Shown: positions 20,985 to 32,072, counted from the first letter of the stretch. The stretch is DNA of 64,000 bases from Candidatus Calescibacterium sp. (GCA_032249135.1 JAVVGL010000004.1:62760-126759); one strand, 5' to 3'. The notes: generated by a model not told the origin, from the sequence alone. Translations and numbers: made by a program.

Positions 20985-22823
20985 TTGAAGAGAAATATGA
21001 AAATTGAGATCAAATTCCTGGAAAAGATTTTTCTTAGATACCTTGATTTTTTTGTAGCCTTATTTTCTGCTTTACTTACTAACCTCATAACTATCTACTT
21101 TTTTGTGAAGTATCATGAACCAATATATTTTCACGCAGATGAATTCAGATGGTTAAAGCTGGTTTCATTTTGTGGTGGAGAGTTTGCATTTTATGAGCAA
21201 AGGTGGGGAATAATAGTACCGCTTTTGTGTTTGATTTACCCTTTAAAGTTTGTGATTCCTTTATATTATTTTGGTCTTTTGAGACCAGTCTTTATTTTTT
21301 TTGATATGTATTTGCTTTTGAAGGTGTTAGGGTTTATTTTTTCGAGGAAAGTTGCATTGATAATTTTCTTTTTTATTTATTCTCCTATTTTTTCTTTTTT
21401 GAAGTTTATTTTGGGTGTAGAGGGTATGGGGATAGTACAGAATGCGATGCATGGAGGACCTATGAGGATTTTCAATCCTGTGTTTTTTATGATATTTTTT
21501 CTTCTTTTTTTGTATTATTTTTTGAGGTTTTTAGACGGGGTGGAAAGGTGGGAAAATGATCCCGAGAAATGGGGGAAATATAGATTATTAAGTGGAATAT
21601 TTTGGGGTCTGTCTTTTTATTCTCACATATATTGGGCGATATACACTTTTTCGATATTTATGTTTTCTGTATTGATTTTGCGTTTTTTAGGAAACAAGTG
21701 GAGCAAGTTAAGAAGGGAGATTATGTGGATTTTACTTTTGGGTGTTACAATAGGTGTCCCTGGGATTCTTTTTAATTTTTATCAGAGGGAGTTGATAGGT
21801 GAGACTGTGGAAAGGACATTGATTTTGAAAGTTGAAAGGAATATAGAGGTGCTCAGAGATGCATTCAAGCCGGAGTATTTATTTCTTTTCTTACTTGCTT
21901 TATTATCTTTTGTTTTGAGGTGGAGATTTACTCCGAGGAACATATTTATTTTTTCTGGTTTTTTTGGGGGGTATTTGTTGTTTTTTGCTGAGTATGTTTT
22001 GGGGGTATATATGCAGATTAGTGGTCATGTAATATTTCCGTTCAAGATTATGGCGAAGGTTGGGATAGGATTGCTGTTTGAGAGGATAGAGGAAGTTGCG
22101 AGGGAATTTAAGATTAAGATATTAAGATTTTTTATTGATATAGTTTTAGTTTTAATGTTTTTTGCGTTTATGAGTAGCAGTTTGATTGTTTTTTATTATT
22201 CCACCTCTTACTTTTCTGCAAGCTATGATAAAGCAAAGAATTTTAGGGAGGTAGTAAATTGGATAAAGGAGAATACCTCTGATGATTCTGTAATAACTTG
22301 TGAGGACGATTTGATCTATTCTCATTATGCTGCAATAGCCGGTCATTCAGAGCTGGTATTATCTGTTGCAACAAATAGATTTATCTTATATGATATTGTA
22401 AATTACTTTTCTGATTTGAAGCATGAGGATGTTTTCAATAGATTTATTCTCAAGACAAAATTACTCGGATTTTCCGAAGCTGAACTAAAAAAATATATTT
22501 ATTATGATATCATTAGACCTCATAAATGCTATGTAGTTCTTCCTGGACTTGGTGATTTCTGTACACCATACGCTCTGAACCTTTTTGGAGAACCTCAGGA
22601 TTTCAAATTTCCGAGAGATAAAGGTGTGCTTGAAGTAATAGATGATTTTGTGGAAGTAGCTTTAAGATACTATCAAGATGAGAGATATTTTGAGGATTTA
22701 CTGAAGAAATATAGGGTTGATTATGTTATAAGAAAGAAACCGTATCAAGGAGAGTGGTACCTCAGAGAGGAAACAAAAATTGGAGAGTTCTATATATTCA
22801 GGGTTATAAAAGAAAAAGAATAA
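20985..22823 (+). CDS. Polytopic membrane protein, putative GT-C glycosyltransferase (paralog 2)
   Basis: Colinear with 19097..20908 (YFHADE, FCGG, PLLCLIYPLK, near-identical C-terminus). Confidence 0.55.
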   Translation: MKRNMKIEIKFLEKIFLRYLDFFVALFSALLTNLITIYFFVKYHEPIYFHADEFRWLKLVSFCGGEFAFYEQRWGIIVPLLCLIYPLKFVIPLYYFGLLRPVFIFFDMYLLLKVLGFIFSRKVALIIFFFIYSPIFSFLKFILGVEGMGIVQNAMHGGPMRIFNPVFFMIFFLLFLYYFLRFLDGVERWENDPEKWGKYRLLSGIFWGLSFYSHIYWAIYTFSIFMFSVLILRFLGNKWSKLRREIMWILLLGVTIGVPGILFNFYQRELIGETVERTLILKVERNIEVLRDAFKPEYLFLFLLALLSFVLRWRFTPRNIFIFSGFFGGYLLFFAEYVLGVYMQISGHVIFPFKIMAKVGIGLLFERIEEVAREFKIKILRFFIDIVLVLMFFAFMSSSLIVFYYSTSYFSASYDKAKNFREVVNWIKENTSDDSVITCEDDLIYSHYAAIAGHSELVLSVATNRFILYDIVNYFSDLKHEDVFNRFILKTKLLGFSEAELKKYIYYDIIRPHKCYVVLPGLGDFCTPYALNLFGEPQDFKFPRDKGVLEVIDDFVEVALRYYQDERYFEDLLKKYRVDYVIRKKPYQGEWYLREETKIGEFYIFRVIKEKE

Positions 22824-22867
22824 AGCAGAATTTGGAAAATTAAATTTTTGTTGTTAAAAGTTAATTT

Positions 22868-24781
22868 GTGTGTGGAATAGCTGGGATTGTTTCTTCATCA
22901 GTTTCTGATGAGATTTTCCTAAAAGCTCTCAATCTTATTTCATACCGTGGTCCGGATGACACTGGATTTTTTGCGGGGATTGATCAGAAAACTCAAAAAA
23001 AAGTTCTTCTGGGTATAAATAGGCTCAGCATAATAGATATTCAAGGTGGAAAACAACCTATGAAATCAGAAGATGGTAAAATTGTTGTTGTATTTAACGG
23101 GGAAATTTATAACTTTCTTGAATTAAGAAGGAAGTTGGAAGGTAAGCACTTTTTTCGTACAAGTTCAGATACAGAAATTATACCGCATATGTGGGAAGAA
23201 TACCGAGAAAGTATGCTTGACTATTTTGATGGAATGTTTGCCATTGCTCTTTATGACTCAAAAGAAAATATCCTGTTTTTGGCAAGAGACCCCTTTGGGG
23301 AAAAACCTCTTTACTACTCACTATCTCAAAATCAATTTATTTTTGCATCAGAGCTAAAGGTTATAATCTCGTTGGCTGATTTTTCACCTGAGCCAGATTT
23401 TTACGCTATCGCAAAATACCTCTTTTATGGTTTCATTCCGTCTCCGCACTCTGCTTTCTCTAAAATAAAAAAAGTACCAGCTGGACACTACCTTATTTTT
23501 GACTTAAAAAACTGGGATATTAAAATAAAGGAGTATTTTCAGGTAAAAAGAATAAAAGCGGTAAATACTTTTGGAATTCAAGATATAAAGCATCAAATCA
23601 AAGAAAACCTTTATATTTCTGTGAAAAGAAGACTTATAGCAGATGTCCCGTTGGGGATATTTCTTTCTGGTGGAATTGATTCATCTTCTGTTGTAGCAAT
23701 AGCTTCGGAATTTACAAAGCCCAAAACTTTTTCCATATCTTTTTATGAAAGCTCTTACGATGAATCAAGCTTTGCAAGAGAGATTTCATCTTTTTTTGGA
23801 ACAGATCACACAGAGTACAGAATGCGTGAAGATGATATGCTTGAAGTCATTCCAGAAATTTTTTCAAAACTTGATGAACCATTTGCAGATTCTTCAATAT
23901 TACCCACATATCTATTGAGTAAGCTTACAAGACAAAAGGTAAAGGTTGCGCTATCCGGAGATGGTGGGGACGAACTTTTTGGTGGGTATCCAACTTACAT
24001 TTCTCATATTCTTGCAGAACTTTTAAGAAGAATTTTGAGATGGAAATTCAAATACTTTGTAGTAAATCTAATTGAATCTTTGCCATCTTCTTTTGAGTAT
24101 TTCAGTTTAGATTTCAAACTCAAAAGATTTTTTTCGGGTTTTGATCTTGATCTTCCGCAAAGACACTATTTTTGGATGAGATATTTTTCTCCATCAGAAA
24201 TAACCAATATTTTGAATTTAGATATAAAGCAAGATTTTATCTTTGAAGATGCTTTAAGATACTACAAAGAAGCCGTAGAAAAAGATATTGATTTTTTTTC
24301 ATTGCCTATGTATCTTGATATGAAACTTTATCTTCAAGATGATATTTTGTTTAAGACTGATAGAGCTTCTTCTTTTTGTTCTCTTGAAGTAAGAACACCT
24401 TTTCTTACAAGAGAAATTGCCAATTTGTGCTTTTCTTTGAAATTCAAAGATAAGATAAGACCGCTAATTTATACTCTTGACGGATTAAAATTTATACTCA
24501 GAGATATAATGAAAGAAAAGTTACCAAAGAGAATATTGAAAAGAGGAAAACAAGGGTTTGCTGTCCCGATAAGTTTCTGGATAAAGAAGAAAGAAAGGAT
24601 TTTTGCGGAAAAGGTCTTTGAGCTTGAAAAATACCTCAGAAGATTTGGAGTATTATCTCCTTCTTTTTCTCATTTTGTTTCCAAAGAGTTCTCCGATCAT
24701 ATAAATTTAAGAAAAAATAATTCAAGAAAGATTTTTGCTTTATTTTCATTATCACAGTGGATTGAAAGATGGATAAGGTAA
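22868..24781 (+). CDS. asnB: Asparagine synthase-like glutamine amidotransferase (glycan amidation type)
   Basis: N-terminal MCGI, RGPD, RLSIID, FNGEIYN, LSGGIDSS, LSGDGGDELFGGY and KQGF motifs. Confidence 0.9.
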   Translation: MCGIAGIVSSSVSDEIFLKALNLISYRGPDDTGFFAGIDQKTQKKVLLGINRLSIIDIQGGKQPMKSEDGKIVVVFNGEIYNFLELRRKLEGKHFFRTSSDTEIIPHMWEEYRESMLDYFDGMFAIALYDSKENILFLARDPFGEKPLYYSLSQNQFIFASELKVIISLADFSPEPDFYAIAKYLFYGFIPSPHSAFSKIKKVPAGHYLIFDLKNWDIKIKEYFQVKRIKAVNTFGIQDIKHQIKENLYISVKRRLIADVPLGIFLSGGIDSSSVVAIASEFTKPKTFSISFYESSYDESSFAREISSFFGTDHTEYRMREDDMLEVIPEIFSKLDEPFADSSILPTYLLSKLTRQKVKVALSGDGGDELFGGYPTYISHILAELLRRILRWKFKYFVVNLIESLPSSFEYFSLDFKLKRFFSGFDLDLPQRHYFWMRYFSPSEITNILNLDIKQDFIFEDALRYYKEAVEKDIDFFSLPMYLDMKLYLQDDILFKTDRASSFCSLEVRTPFLTREIANLCFSLKFKDKIRPLIYTLDGLKFILRDIMKEKLPKRILKRGKQGFAVPISFWIKKKERIFAEKVFELEKYLRRFGVLSPSFSHFVSKEFSDHINLRKNNSRKIFALFSLSQWIERWIR

Positions 24782-25386
24782 ATAAAAAAAGTGATTTAGC
24801 TGTGAATAGTGAAATGGGAAACAGAATTATGAAGTTAAATTTGGGTTGTGGTTCCTTTAAGAAATATGGCTATATAAATGTAGATATAAGAAAAGAAGTT
24901 AATCCAGACCTTGTGGTTGATCTAAATAAATTCCCTTATCCTTTTAAAGATAATACTTTTGATCTTGTGGAAGCTTTTCATGTTTTGGAACATTTGAATT
25001 CTCCGTTTGAGGCTATGTTTGAATTACATAGAATATTGAAAAATGGCGGAGAGTTGAAAATTGCTGTACCTCATTGTAGTAGAGGATTTTCTCATCCGGA
25101 GCATAAAGCTGGTTTTGATGTTACTTTCCCATATTATTTTGATCCAAAGTATCCTCAATATTTTTATGGGAAAGAGTTCAAACTTAAAAAACTTAGATTG
25201 AATTGGTTGGGGCAGAAGTATTTGAGAAAACAGCACCTATCAAAGCTTACTTTCTTCACTTTGGAAGTTATGGATAGGTTTATAAGTTTTTTTGCTAATT
25301 TAAATCCACTTTTGTGTGCTAAATTATGGTGTTATTGGGTGGGAGGATTTGATGAAATTTATATGGAGTTCATTTGTGTCAAATAG
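24769..25386 (+). CDS. Class I SAM-dependent methyltransferase (type 11-like)
   Basis: LNLGCG, NVD, HVLEH and RILKNGG motifs. Confidence 0.85.
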   Translation: MDKVNKKSDLAVNSEMGNRIMKLNLGCGSFKKYGYINVDIRKEVNPDLVVDLNKFPYPFKDNTFDLVEAFHVLEHLNSPFEAMFELHRILKNGGELKIAVPHCSRGFSHPEHKAGFDVTFPYYFDPKYPQYFYGKEFKLKKLRLNWLGQKYLRKQHLSKLTFFTLEVMDRFISFFANLNPLLCAKLWCYWVGGFDEIYMEFICVK

Positions 25387-25446
25387 GTTATGATAGTTTT
25401 TATTGTTTTTTTCTTTTATGGGAAAATTTTTATTTTCTCAAAAGTT

Positions 25447-26349
25447 TTAACCTTTGAGTCTTGGGTCAAAAATTTGAGCTAATTTATCTGAAAGAAAATT
25501 TACTAAAACCCATATTGAAGAAATTGAAAATACGCAGGCATAAAGTAAAGGTAAATCTCGTGAAAGTACAGCTTGTACTGTAAGCGAACCTATTCCTGGG
25601 AACGAAAAAACCGTTTCGGTTATAACTGTTCCTGAAAGCAGAACTCCTGCTTGAATTCCGATAACCGTTATTATTCCTGATGATATAGCTTTTGATATAT
25701 GTAAAAGTTCTCTTACAAAACCTACTCCTTTTGACCTAATAAATAAGAAAGCATCTGATTTTATAAAGTCTTCTGAAAGGTTTTTCAAAAATCTCCCGAG
25801 AACAATAGATAAGGATATGCTGAGCGTCAAAGCTGGTAAAATTAAAGATTTCAGGTTTTCAAATCCAGATACTGGCAAAAGCCTGAGCTTTACGGAGAAC
25901 AAGATTATAAATATTACTCCGAGCCAAAAGTTCGGTATAGACCATAATATTGTTGATAAAATTGTAATTGCATCCTCCCACTTTCTGAACAAAATGTAAA
26001 GTATGAATATAAGATTTGCAAGGAAAAAAGTTATCGCAAGTGTTGTTATCGCGAGTAAAAATGTATTTTTCAATCTTGGAATTATAATATCTCTTACCTT
26101 TTGCTTTGTGTAAAAAGAGTATCCAAAATCAAACTTTATCGCTGAGATCAAAGTGTTTTTGTATCTTTCAAGTAAAGGTTTGTCAAGACCGAACTCTTTT
26201 TTTATTTTTTCTATCTCTTCTCTGGACGCCCTTTCTCCTCCAAGTAGTTCAGCTGGATCTCCTGGAATAGCCTCAATAATAAAAAAAATGGAGGTGAGTA
26301 CAAAAAATATTGTTAAAATTGCTTTGAATATGTCAGAAAAAATCCTCAA
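25447..26349 (-). CDS. ABC peptide/nickel transporter permease (DppB/OppB family)
   Basis: IPGDPA, GLDKPL, SIPNFW, RSKG, ETVFSFPGIG and DPRL motifs. Confidence 0.9.
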   Translation of the reverse strand: MRIFSDIFKAILTIFFVLTSIFFIIEAIPGDPAELLGGERASREEIEKIKKEFGLDKPLLERYKNTLISAIKFDFGYSFYTKQKVRDIIIPRLKNTFLLAITTLAITFFLANLIFILYILFRKWEDAITILSTILWSIPNFWLGVIFIILFSVKLRLLPVSGFENLKSLILPALTLSISLSIVLGRFLKNLSEDFIKSDAFLFIRSKGVGFVRELLHISKAISSGIITVIGIQAGVLLSGTVITETVFSFPGIGSLTVQAVLSRDLPLLYACVFSISSIWVLVNFLSDKLAQIFDPRLKG

Positions 26350-26376
26350 ATCTCAAAAAAATCCTCAAATCTCAAA
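26338..26376. repeat. 19-bp tandem duplication overlapping the permease start
   Basis: AAAAATCCTCAAATCTCAA occurs twice with period 19. Confidence 0.7.
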
Positions 26377-26414
26377 TTTGGTCTACTAATACCAAAAGTA
26401 AGCTAATCTTAATT

Positions 26415-26651
26415 TTACAATATTTTTTCTTCGCCGGCTCTTCTTCTTTCTTCTTCTGTTATTTTCTTGTATTTTACTTTGTTTGCTGCAATTTCTCTTA
26501 GGGCAACCACTATCTCTCTGTTTTCTTCTATGTTGTCTATGGTGGGTCTTGCTCCTTTCATAAGTTGATGGGCTCTTAAAATTGCCATTCTTACAAGAAT
26601 AAATTTGTTCGGAACTTTTTCAAGGCAGTCCTCTATTGTAATTCTTGCCAT
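26415..26651 (-). CDS. rpoZ: RNA polymerase omega subunit
   Basis: [19 protein letters not shown] and VVALREIA motifs. Confidence 0.95.
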   Translation of the reverse strand: MARITIEDCLEKVPNKFILVRMAILRAHQLMKGARPTIDNIEENREIVVALREIAANKVKYKKITEEERRRAGEEKIL

Positions 26652-26740
26652 ATTTTATATGATAAAAAATGGGGGTTTTATAATTTATTTTTCACAATTT
26701 TTTATTTTTGGGATATTGGAGCAGATGAAATATAGAATTT

Positions 26741-27289
26741 TTAAGAAAGTTCAAAAGCAGAGTGCAGTTCTCTTACGGCTAACTCAACATATTTTTCTTT
26801 TATAACACAAGATATTTTTATCTCGGAGGTTGAGATCATCTCTATATTTATTCCTGCTTTTGCAAGAGTTGAGAACATTTTCGCGGCTATGCCGGGTCTA
26901 TCTCTCATTCCTGTTCCTACTATTGATACTTTTGCTATTGTATCATCATATCTTACTTCTTTGAACCCCATTTTCTTTGCAACTTCTTGAACTGTATCTA
27001 ATGCTTTTTTTAGTTGCTTTCTTTTTACTGTGAAAGTTATATCTGTAAGTCCCTCTGATGAGACATTTTGAACTATCATATCTACGCTTATTCCAGCTTC
27101 ACCTAATGGTGTGAAAATTGCAGCTGCTATTCCGGGACGATCTGGAACCCCTATAATAGTTATTTTTGCCTGATCTTTGTCATATGATATAGCAGTAACC
27201 GGTCTTTCATCTTCTATCTTCACTACGTTTTTTTTTTCTTTTTTATTTTCTTTCTTTTTTATTTTTTCTTCTTTTTTCTTTCCTGACAT
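26741..27289 (-). CDS. Stand-alone aspartokinase regulatory (beta, two-ACT) subunit
   Basis: [32 protein letters not shown] and [16 protein letters not shown] motifs; no kinase domain. Confidence 0.82.
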   Translation of the reverse strand: MSGKKKEEKIKKKENKKEKKNVVKIEDERPVTAISYDKDQAKITIIGVPDRPGIAAAIFTPLGEAGISVDMIVQNVSSEGLTDITFTVKRKQLKKALDTVQEVAKKMGFKEVRYDDTIAKVSIVGTGMRDRPGIAAKMFSTLAKAGINIEMISTSEIKISCVIKEKYVELAVRELHSAFELS

Positions 27290-27422
27290 GGCGTTTTTAG
27301 GTTTTGTAGTCTTTTTTGTATTATTGTTTATATAAGTTTTGAAATTTCATTTTGGTTATATTCTGTTTTTCTTTTTTTTGTTTTATCTTTTGTTCTTTTA
27401 TTTTTTCGCTTTGTATTCTTTA

Positions 27423-28769
27423 CTATTTACTTTTTTCGTTGTTGATGAATATTTTTTGGAGTTCCTCTTCAATTTTGTCTTTTATTTCCTCGGCTTTTTC
27501 TTTGTTTTCATATTCTACCATAACTCTTATTACAGGTTCTGTTCCGGAGTATCTTACGACAACTCTTCCGCCTGATTTCTCTACCTCTTCCTTTATCTTC
27601 CAAACATTTCTGAATTCTTCTGAGTTCAAATCTTTCTTTTGTGAAATTTTTATTTTCCCTTTTGCTTGATAGAATTTTTCTATTGCTAAATCCTTCAAAT
27701 CTTTTTGCTTTTTTATAACATATTCTAAAACTTTAAGAGCAGATATTATTCCATCTCCTGTTGGAAGTATATCATAAAGTATTATGTGTCCTGATTCTTC
27801 TCCCCCAAGGTTTGCTCCAACTTCTTCCATTTTGTAAGCTATATTTCTATCTCCTACATCAACTCTTACGAAGTTTAATTTGTTTTCTTTTGCGAATTTT
27901 TCTAACGCCATGTTAGATAGTATCGTGCCAACAATTCCCCACCTTATTTCTCCTTTTTCCATCATAGATTTAGCTAAAATTGAAATCAGCTGATCTCCAT
28001 CATATAGATTACCTTTTGAATCTCCTATAAGAACTCTATCTCCATCTCCATCAAATATTATTTTGAAATCTCCATCTTCTGATAAAGCTTTTTGAGGATT
28101 TTCACTGCCAACTCCTAAATTTATATTTTCTCCGTCTGGATTTGCTCCTATGGTTTTTACTTTTGCGCCAAGTTCTCTGAAAATCTCTGGCGCTATATTT
28201 GAAGTTGATCCATTTGAGCAGTCTAAAACTATATTCAGACCTTTCAGCATATTTTTGGGGAAAAGATTTAAGATGAAGCTTTTGTATGTGCTTTTACAAA
28301 ATTCATAATCTTGATGGAGTTCTCCGATCTGATATGAATTTTCTGCTTCGTTTATTTTTTGATTTTCAAGGAAAAATTTTTCTATTTCCTTTTCAGTTTT
28401 TTGGTCTAATTTCAACCCATCCTTATTGAAGAATTTTATTCCGTTAAATTCTGGGGGGTTATGAGAGGCTGATACGGAAAATGCGCCGTTGTATCTGAGG
28501 GTTCTGCATATCAGTGAGGCAGCGGGAGTAGGTAATATTCCAGCAAGTTTTACATTAAAGTTTTGTGAAACCAAAACCCCTGAGAATATTGAAACTATCG
28601 GTAAGGATGATTTTCGTGTATCCCAAACAACCACATAATTTCCTTTTTCCATAACACGGCTTGTAGCTTTTGCTATTTTAAAAATAAGGTCAGGAGAATA
28701 TTTTAGTTCATCTCCTTGTGAATTTCCAGATACAATAAATCTTATTCCATCTGTTCCGAAAAGTTCCAT
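27423..28769 (-). CDS. glmM: Phosphoglucosamine mutase
   Basis: LFGTDGIR, SASHNP, DGDGDR, VGDR, GGEESGH and RYSGTEPVIRVMVE motifs. Confidence 0.92.
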   Translation of the reverse strand: MELFGTDGIRFIVSGNSQGDELKYSPDLIFKIAKATSRVMEKGNYVVVWDTRKSSLPIVSIFSGVLVSQNFNVKLAGILPTPAASLICRTLRYNGAFSVSASHNPPEFNGIKFFNKDGLKLDQKTEKEIEKFFLENQKINEAENSYQIGELHQDYEFCKSTYKSFILNLFPKNMLKGLNIVLDCSNGSTSNIAPEIFRELGAKVKTIGANPDGENINLGVGSENPQKALSEDGDFKIIFDGDGDRVLIGDSKGNLYDGDQLISILAKSMMEKGEIRWGIVGTILSNMALEKFAKENKLNFVRVDVGDRNIAYKMEEVGANLGGEESGHIILYDILPTGDGIISALKVLEYVIKKQKDLKDLAIEKFYQAKGKIKISQKKDLNSEEFRNVWKIKEEVEKSGGRVVVRYSGTEPVIRVMVEYENKEKAEEIKDKIEEELQKIFINNEKSK

Positions 28770-28844
28770 TTTTTATTTTTATTATGTTCAGATTCATTTT
28801 GATTCATATAAAACAAACTTTTTCTCTTCAAATATGTTTTTTTC

Positions 28845-29424
28845 TTACTCTAACACTATCAGGTCTTTTACACTTTTGCAAATCAACTTGAACTGATATG
28901 AGTAGCATTTTTCTAACGGTATTGAAAAAGTTCCAAAATGAGTTTTTCTTTGGATTCTTGGTTTTGAAGGATCGCTTATATCAAATATCATAGCACCGGC
29001 GTATCCAGAAGATAAATATAGCCTATTTTCCCAGTGAGCTATGCCGGCTGCGATGTCATTTAGAACTCCATAATCAAGGGAATATGATGTTATTTGTGAG
29101 GGAAAACCGGTAGAAATATCCCAAATACTGAAAGTGTTATCTACTCCCTCTGCGGTAAAGAGTAAATTCCTTAGATGAATTTTCGTCTAGGTAAAAGTTA
29201 TCAATTTTGTTTTTGACTTTAAATCTTATGTATCCATCAGAGTTTATAACATATTCTCTTTTTTCTTCTTGGTAGTTTATACTTTCAGGAGAAATACGAC
29301 CATTTCCTTCTGGAACAGCAATAGTTTTTACCTTTGGTTTTGGAGTATTTTGAAAGTTGGATGGGATTTCAGAAAATTCAGATGAAACTGAACCTATATC
29401 CTTCTCAAACGCCGTTTCTCTCAT
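28845..29424 (-). pseudogene. Remnant of an LVIVD-repeat (beta-propeller) protein
   Basis: The 29137..29424 ORF continues in another frame as NLLFTAEGVDNTFSIWDIS...RLYLSSGYAGAMIFDISDPSKP to a TAA at 28845-28847. That frame has no upstream start of its own. Confidence 0.55.
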
Positions 29425-29618
29425 ATCCTTTCCATCTCCAAAATCATACTTTCACCTTATCAACGACTTCAATATCTCATCTTTGATTCTTCTTGTTGAC
29501 GATATCAAAGCCTATCTTCAAGCAGAATTTCCCTTATAAAAGATATTATCAAATCAAAAACTTCTCCGAAGGTAATTCTTATAATTCATATACATCTTGG
29601 AGGAGATGGAATAAATTT

Positions 29619-30308
29619 TCATCGTAATGCTATATATTCCATAGGGCTTACATCAAATGTTTCCGCCATGCCTGTATCAAGACCAGCAAGAACATCTGTA
29701 ACTAAAATGAAGATTGGACTTATACAAAATATTTTTCCAACATTTTGTATGACTCTTCCTTCTTTCCAACCCCAAAAGCGTGTTTTACCTAAATCTTTCA
29801 GACTATTTACATCTTTTCTTATTGTGAAAAAATATGAGAATCCTTGTTCAGTGAGAAGTAGTAATTTAAAACCTCTTTTTTCATAAATCTTTCGAAACTC
29901 TGGGAAAAACTTGTCCGTTATTCTATCGGCTTCATCATAGCTTTTAAGGAGCATGGGGAGATCAAGCACTCTAATCTCGGGTGCTGTTTTTTTTATTCCT
30001 TGTAATGTAAATATTCCACCATCTATTTGACCATCAGCTATTTTTTTTACCATTTCTTCTTCATCACCAAGAACTCCGTCTGGGTAGATATAAAATTTGA
30101 TATCAGGGTAGTTTTTTAGGGTATCGTTAATTATGCTTCCAATTATTTTCAGCCAATCCGAATCAGCTGGCGCGAGAGTTCCTATTTTTACTGTTAAGCT
30201 TAAAGCTTTTTTTGGGAAATTTAGTATAATCGGCAAGGTAAGAAGAGATATTTTCAAGCAAAACAAGCAAAAAATGTAATACCTCTTTACTTTTCCCCCC
30301 GTCATCAT
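29619..30308 (-). pseudogene. TRAP transporter substrate-binding protein (DctP/TatP family), truncated
   Basis: KIGTLAP, GVLGDEEEM, GQIDG and LDLPML motifs. It stops at 229 aa (ALR*), where homologs typically read ALQW and continue. Confidence 0.65.
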
Positions 30309-30863
30309 TTAAAATTTTAGCTGATGTTTTTCTTTTTGCTTGTTTTGTTTTATTTTTTTACCTTATTTTAACAGTCAGTTATTGAGTTAAAAATTTAGTA
30401 TTTCAATTCTTCCCTATGTCAACTATGGGAATGTATGTTTTTTCTCAAAATATTGCAGACTACTCTATATTATCAAATGTTGGAAGTTTTTCATCCCATC
30501 AACAGTTGCAATTTCCCAATCTCCTGCGGTTTCTACTATATCTCCTACTATAAGTTCGGAGGGTTTCTGTGTCAGATATCTGTGCATCGGCACCAGATCC
30601 GCATATATGTTCTAGAAGCCAAGATTATGGTTTTGGCTCTGCAGTTGCAGCAAACAAAGAAGATGTTAAATCTTATTTGTTTTTTTAGTCGGAACAAAAA
30701 AAGAAAGAAAAAAATTTGAACAAACGGTCAAATTTTTGAAATTAGCTAATTTTCGTCCAAACTTCAGAAAATTATAGAAGTAAGCAACAGAAATTATGTT
30801 CTTGCGGTCAAAAGTAGTGATTAAATAAATGAAAAAATAAACAGAAAAGAGGAGGTATTTTGT

Positions 30864-32072
30864 ATGAAAGTGTTTGTAAGGGGAGTATATTATGACCCTG
30901 TTGTGAAAGAAAGGCAGGGAGAAACATATAAAGAGGTTTTATTTCGTGTTTTCAAGAGAGTGTTGGAAGATGCTGAAGTTTCACCAGATGATGTAGATGG
31001 TGTAGTTTTCACTCCTCCTGTTCTCGGTGGAATAAGACAACACTTCATGCATGCTCATCATATGGGACACTATCTTGGGAAGAAATTCAAAGTTGAGGTT
31101 ATGGTTGAGAACGGCGGTAGCACAGCGGCTCTTGCTTTAAGATATGGCATGCTTGAAATTCTTTCAGGAAGGTGCAATGCAGTTTTCGTAATCGGGATGG
31201 ACGACAGAGGTGATAGAATTCCGGAAGGAATGGAGTTTCCTCATTTCATATATGATATAACATTAACTCAAATAAATCTTTACGGACCTTTTGATTCTAT
31301 GTATGGAATTGGAGCTCCTATCCCATATTATGCTATGGCTGGACAAAGATATATGATAGAAAAATCAGTAAGCAGAGATGATTTGAATTGGGTAGCTGTA
31401 AGATTAAGGGAACATGCTGAAAAAAATGAGAAAGCTCTTTTGAGACAAAGAATAAATCCAGAAGATGTTATTGCTTCAAAAGAAATATGTCCCCCTCTTT
31501 ATCTTTACGATTGTTCTATTTTTGCCTCAGGTGCTGCAGGTGTTCTTCTCACTTCGGAAGATTTTGAGAAAGCGAATCCTTCTAATAAAAAAAGAAAAGT
31601 TCAGATAAGAGGATACGGTGAATTCCATACTCCGACATCTTTTTTACCTAACCAGTTTGAATATATACCTTACTATTCCGAAGCTTTGCGAAAAGCTACT
31701 GATGAAGCTTTCTCACAGGCAAAAATAACTCAAAAAGATGTTGATGTAGTAGAAATATACGGAGTTTTTACCACTACTGAACTTACTATTCTTGAAGACA
31801 TGGGGTTTTTTGATGAAGGAAAGGCAGTGTATGCTTTTAAGGAAGGAAAAGTTGGTCCTGATGCGAGGCTTTATGTTGATCCTTCTGGGGGTAGAGTAGC
31901 ATGCGGACATCCAGCAGGTGCTACGCCTTTGATAGAAGTTTGTGAAGTGGTTCATCAGTTGAGGAGTGAAGCTGGTGCGCGTCAAAAGAAAGGCAAATGC
32001 GATATCGGAGTTGTCCAGGCAGAGCACGGTATGCTAAATGGTTCGGTCGTCTTTGTTTTTGAAGGTCTTTGA
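30864..32072 (+). CDS. Thiolase-superfamily protein (SCP2/Ltp2-like) lacking the canonical Cys
   Basis: ENGGST in place of ENACAS; PLYLYDCS, DVVEIYGVF and GG..CGHPAGATP motifs; AGGAGG RBS. Confidence 0.85.
   Translation: MKVFVRGVYYDPVVKERQGETYKEVLFRVFKRVLEDAEVSPDDVDGVVFTPPVLGGIRQHFMHAHHMGHYLGKKFKVEVMVENGGSTAALALRYGMLEILSGRCNAVFVIGMDDRGDRIPEGMEFPHFIYDITLTQINLYGPFDSMYGIGAPIPYYAMAGQRYMIEKSVSRDDLNWVAVRLREHAEKNEKALLRQRINPEDVIASKEICPPLYLYDCSIFASGAAGVLLTSEDFEKANPSNKKRKVQIRGYGEFHTPTSFLPNQFEYIPYYSEALRKATDEAFSQAKITQKDVDVVEIYGVFTTTELTILEDMGFFDEGKAVYAFKEGKVGPDARLYVDPSGGRVACGHPAGATPLIEVCEVVHQLRSEAGARQKKGKCDIGVVQAEHGMLNGSVVFVFEGL

Noticed and set aside
27290-27669. Phe/Leu-rich plus-strand ORFs that look like membrane proteins
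   Set aside because: They arise from T-rich sequence antisense to the A-rich end of glmM and the intergenic DNA.
30435-30719. 94-aa ORF
   Set aside because: No RBS or recognisable motif; it lies in a decayed region and may be out of frame with the original gene.
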